Source: an uncultured bacterium
GTDB taxonomy: Bacteria > Patescibacteriota > Minisyncoccia > UBA6257 > 2-01-FULL-56-20
Direction of reading: 5' to 3'
Assembly: GCA_963705915.1 (NCBI GenBank)
Contig: OY970126.1
Span: 515,552 to 579,551 of the forward strand
DNA: 64,000 nt
Every line of letters begins with the position of its first letter. The stretch's first letter is position 1. The notes beneath the pieces are model-generated. The model was not told the DNA's origin and ran no database searches. It worked only from the letters and a program-made list of their open reading frames with translations. The position numbers and the translations under genes were made by a program. Positions 62,689 to 64,000 of the stretch are shown piece by piece.

Positions 62689-63384
62689 TTATTGCGTAAA
62701 GCTTATCGAATCTAAGACGCGCTGAAATGCCGTAAGGAATGTTGTGCCTTTCGGGTCGTTCTCGTGATATGAGAGATATATTTTATAGAGCAGGCCGTTC
62801 GATGCGTCCGGACAATACACCCCGATATTATTCGAAGGGTATCCTTGCCCATAGTTGCTCGTGTACGAAACCTGCGTGCATGCAACGTGGTCAACTGTGA
62901 CGCTCGACGTGCTATTTACCGTATCGTCCATCGTCTCAGTTTGGATGATTGGCCCGTCCGGACCGGCGTTCTTCACGCTCACAACGTCGATCTCCGCGCC
63001 CCCGGCAGGGATCATTTCATTGTTTTGATAATTATTGCCGAAGTTATCAAATGAGAGCGGCAAATCTGTTCCAAGAATCCAACCCGGCGGATAATCTAAT
63101 GAAATGTTCACGCTGTCGCTCGAGTACGGTTCCCATACGCTTGAAACGCCGCCATTCGTGCTTGTGCTGAGTGTCACCGTGAGGCCGCCCGTTGAACTAA
63201 CACTCATCTGAGTGCCGCTCGCGACGACGGTTGAAGAAGCGGGAATAGAAACGGTGCTCGTCGATGAGCCCGAAGGCTGGGTTTCCGGCGCACGCGCACG
63301 TAAAGTCCATGCCAAAAAGCCAATCACTACGACGACAACTACGACAACCACAATAATCCAGATTTGTTTCCTACGGGAATCCAT
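62689..63384 (-). CDS. Membrane-anchored protein with PsbP-like C-terminal domain
   Basis: TM, Ser/Thr linker and W..Y......ISLDYP.GW...F..VL.SI.F pattern. Confidence 0.6.
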   Translation of the reverse strand: MDSRRKQIWIIVVVVVVVVVIGFLAWTLRARAPETQPSGSSTSTVSIPASSTVVASGTQMSVSSTGGLTVTLSTSTNGGVSSVWEPYSSDSVNISLDYPPGWILGTDLPLSFDNFGNNYQNNEMIPAGGAEIDVVSVKNAGPDGPIIQTETMDDTVNSTSSVTVDHVACTQVSYTSNYGQGYPSNNIGVYCPDASNGLLYKIYLSYHENDPKGTTFLTAFQRVLDSISFTQ

Positions 63385-63386
63385 CG

Positions 63387-64000
63387 TTAAGGCGTCTGCA
63401 ACAACTCGCCGCTAAGCGCTGCCTGGATGTCCTGCTGATACGTGGAGTCGCCACCTTGCGGCATCGTACCCGTGCAAGGATGGAGGGACGATTTCGCTCC
63501 GTAAGCAAAGTCTAATGTGCATTCGTGAAGTTCGAGGGAATTCACATAATGCGCCTGGGCAAAAGGAATCACAGCAGGGAGATATTCCGCGGCCCAAACG
63601 TTGATCTGATCACTACCGCCGCCATAGGTTCCGTTACCAACCGACGTCGTGAAGGTGAACTGACCGTTTGCGCCTACATCCTGGCATGAGTTGATCGAGG
63701 TTTGGATAATCGTCGCGTTGTTAAAAGGATCGGTGTTTGCCGCGGTGAGATATACGGACGCTTGGCAAAGCGGCGTGCAATCGCCGTTGCACGTTGCCGT
63801 TGCAAGTCCATTATTCACTTTGATTGAAGTCACCGGGAACGTCTCCGTCTGGGATCCTGTGAAAGGTCCTGGCCAAATCGTCTGGGCGTAGTGAATGACA
63901 GGAACCGTGGAGTACGTACTAAAGTTAAGAGCCCAGTCATGGAGCGACGAAGGGATGATGCCGTGGCTGTATGCATACGGATCGTTAATAGTAGCGCCTT
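63387..64000 (-). CDS. Secreted-type hypothetical protein (partial, start lies beyond the window)
   Basis: The frame of ORF 63387-63833 stays open to the window end (...DPYAYSHGIIPSSLHDW...). Confidence 0.6.
   Translation of the reverse strand, partial: GATINDPYAYSHGIIPSSLHDWALNFSTYSTVPVIHYAQTIWPGPFTGSQTETFPVTSIKVNNGLATATCNGDCTPLCQASVYLTAANTDPFNNATIIQTSINSCQDVGANGQFTFTTSVGNGTYGGGSDQINVWAAEYLPAVIPFAQAHYVNSLELHECTLDFAYGAKSSLHPCTGTMPQGGDSTYQQDIQAALSGELLQTP

Overview
A 64-kb chromosomal window that most likely comes from a Patescibacteria (CPR, Parcubacteria-like) bacterium using genetic code 11. This assignment is inferred from the C-terminally truncated AlaRS, the single-chain PheRS, the intron-bearing unlinked 23S-5S rRNA and the large type IV pilus/competence locus. 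The window holds core translation, transcription and cell-wall genes: alaS, miaA, gatB, gatCA, rplK, ssb, rpsF, a fused rpoB-rpoC, mltG, rodA, a CCA-adding enzyme, pheS, murD and ligA. The 23S-5S unit has its own promoter and no 16S. Its 23S carries a LAGLIDADG group I intron in the sarcin-ricin loop and a GIY-YIG ORF inside helix 63. Also present are three canonical tRNAs, a pil cluster with interleaved Ig-like surface proteins and a Fic gene, an ECF sigma/anti-sigma pair, and a folA-dcd-CYTH-thyA operon. The most notable unexplained signals are four. (1) Five copies of a structure-conserved, sequence-variable element (long outer inverted repeat, a GGA/GA-GNAG hairpin and an AGYA hairpin with a bulged A), each directly after a gene 3' end. 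(2) A 72-nt stand-alone element resembling a tmRNA tRNA-like domain, with a G3.U70 pair. (3) An atypical initiator-like tRNA whose 3' end is duplicated. (4) A split between leaderless core genes and Shine-Dalgarno-led orphan cassettes. No database searches or folding programs were run, so all family assignments rest on motif recognition.
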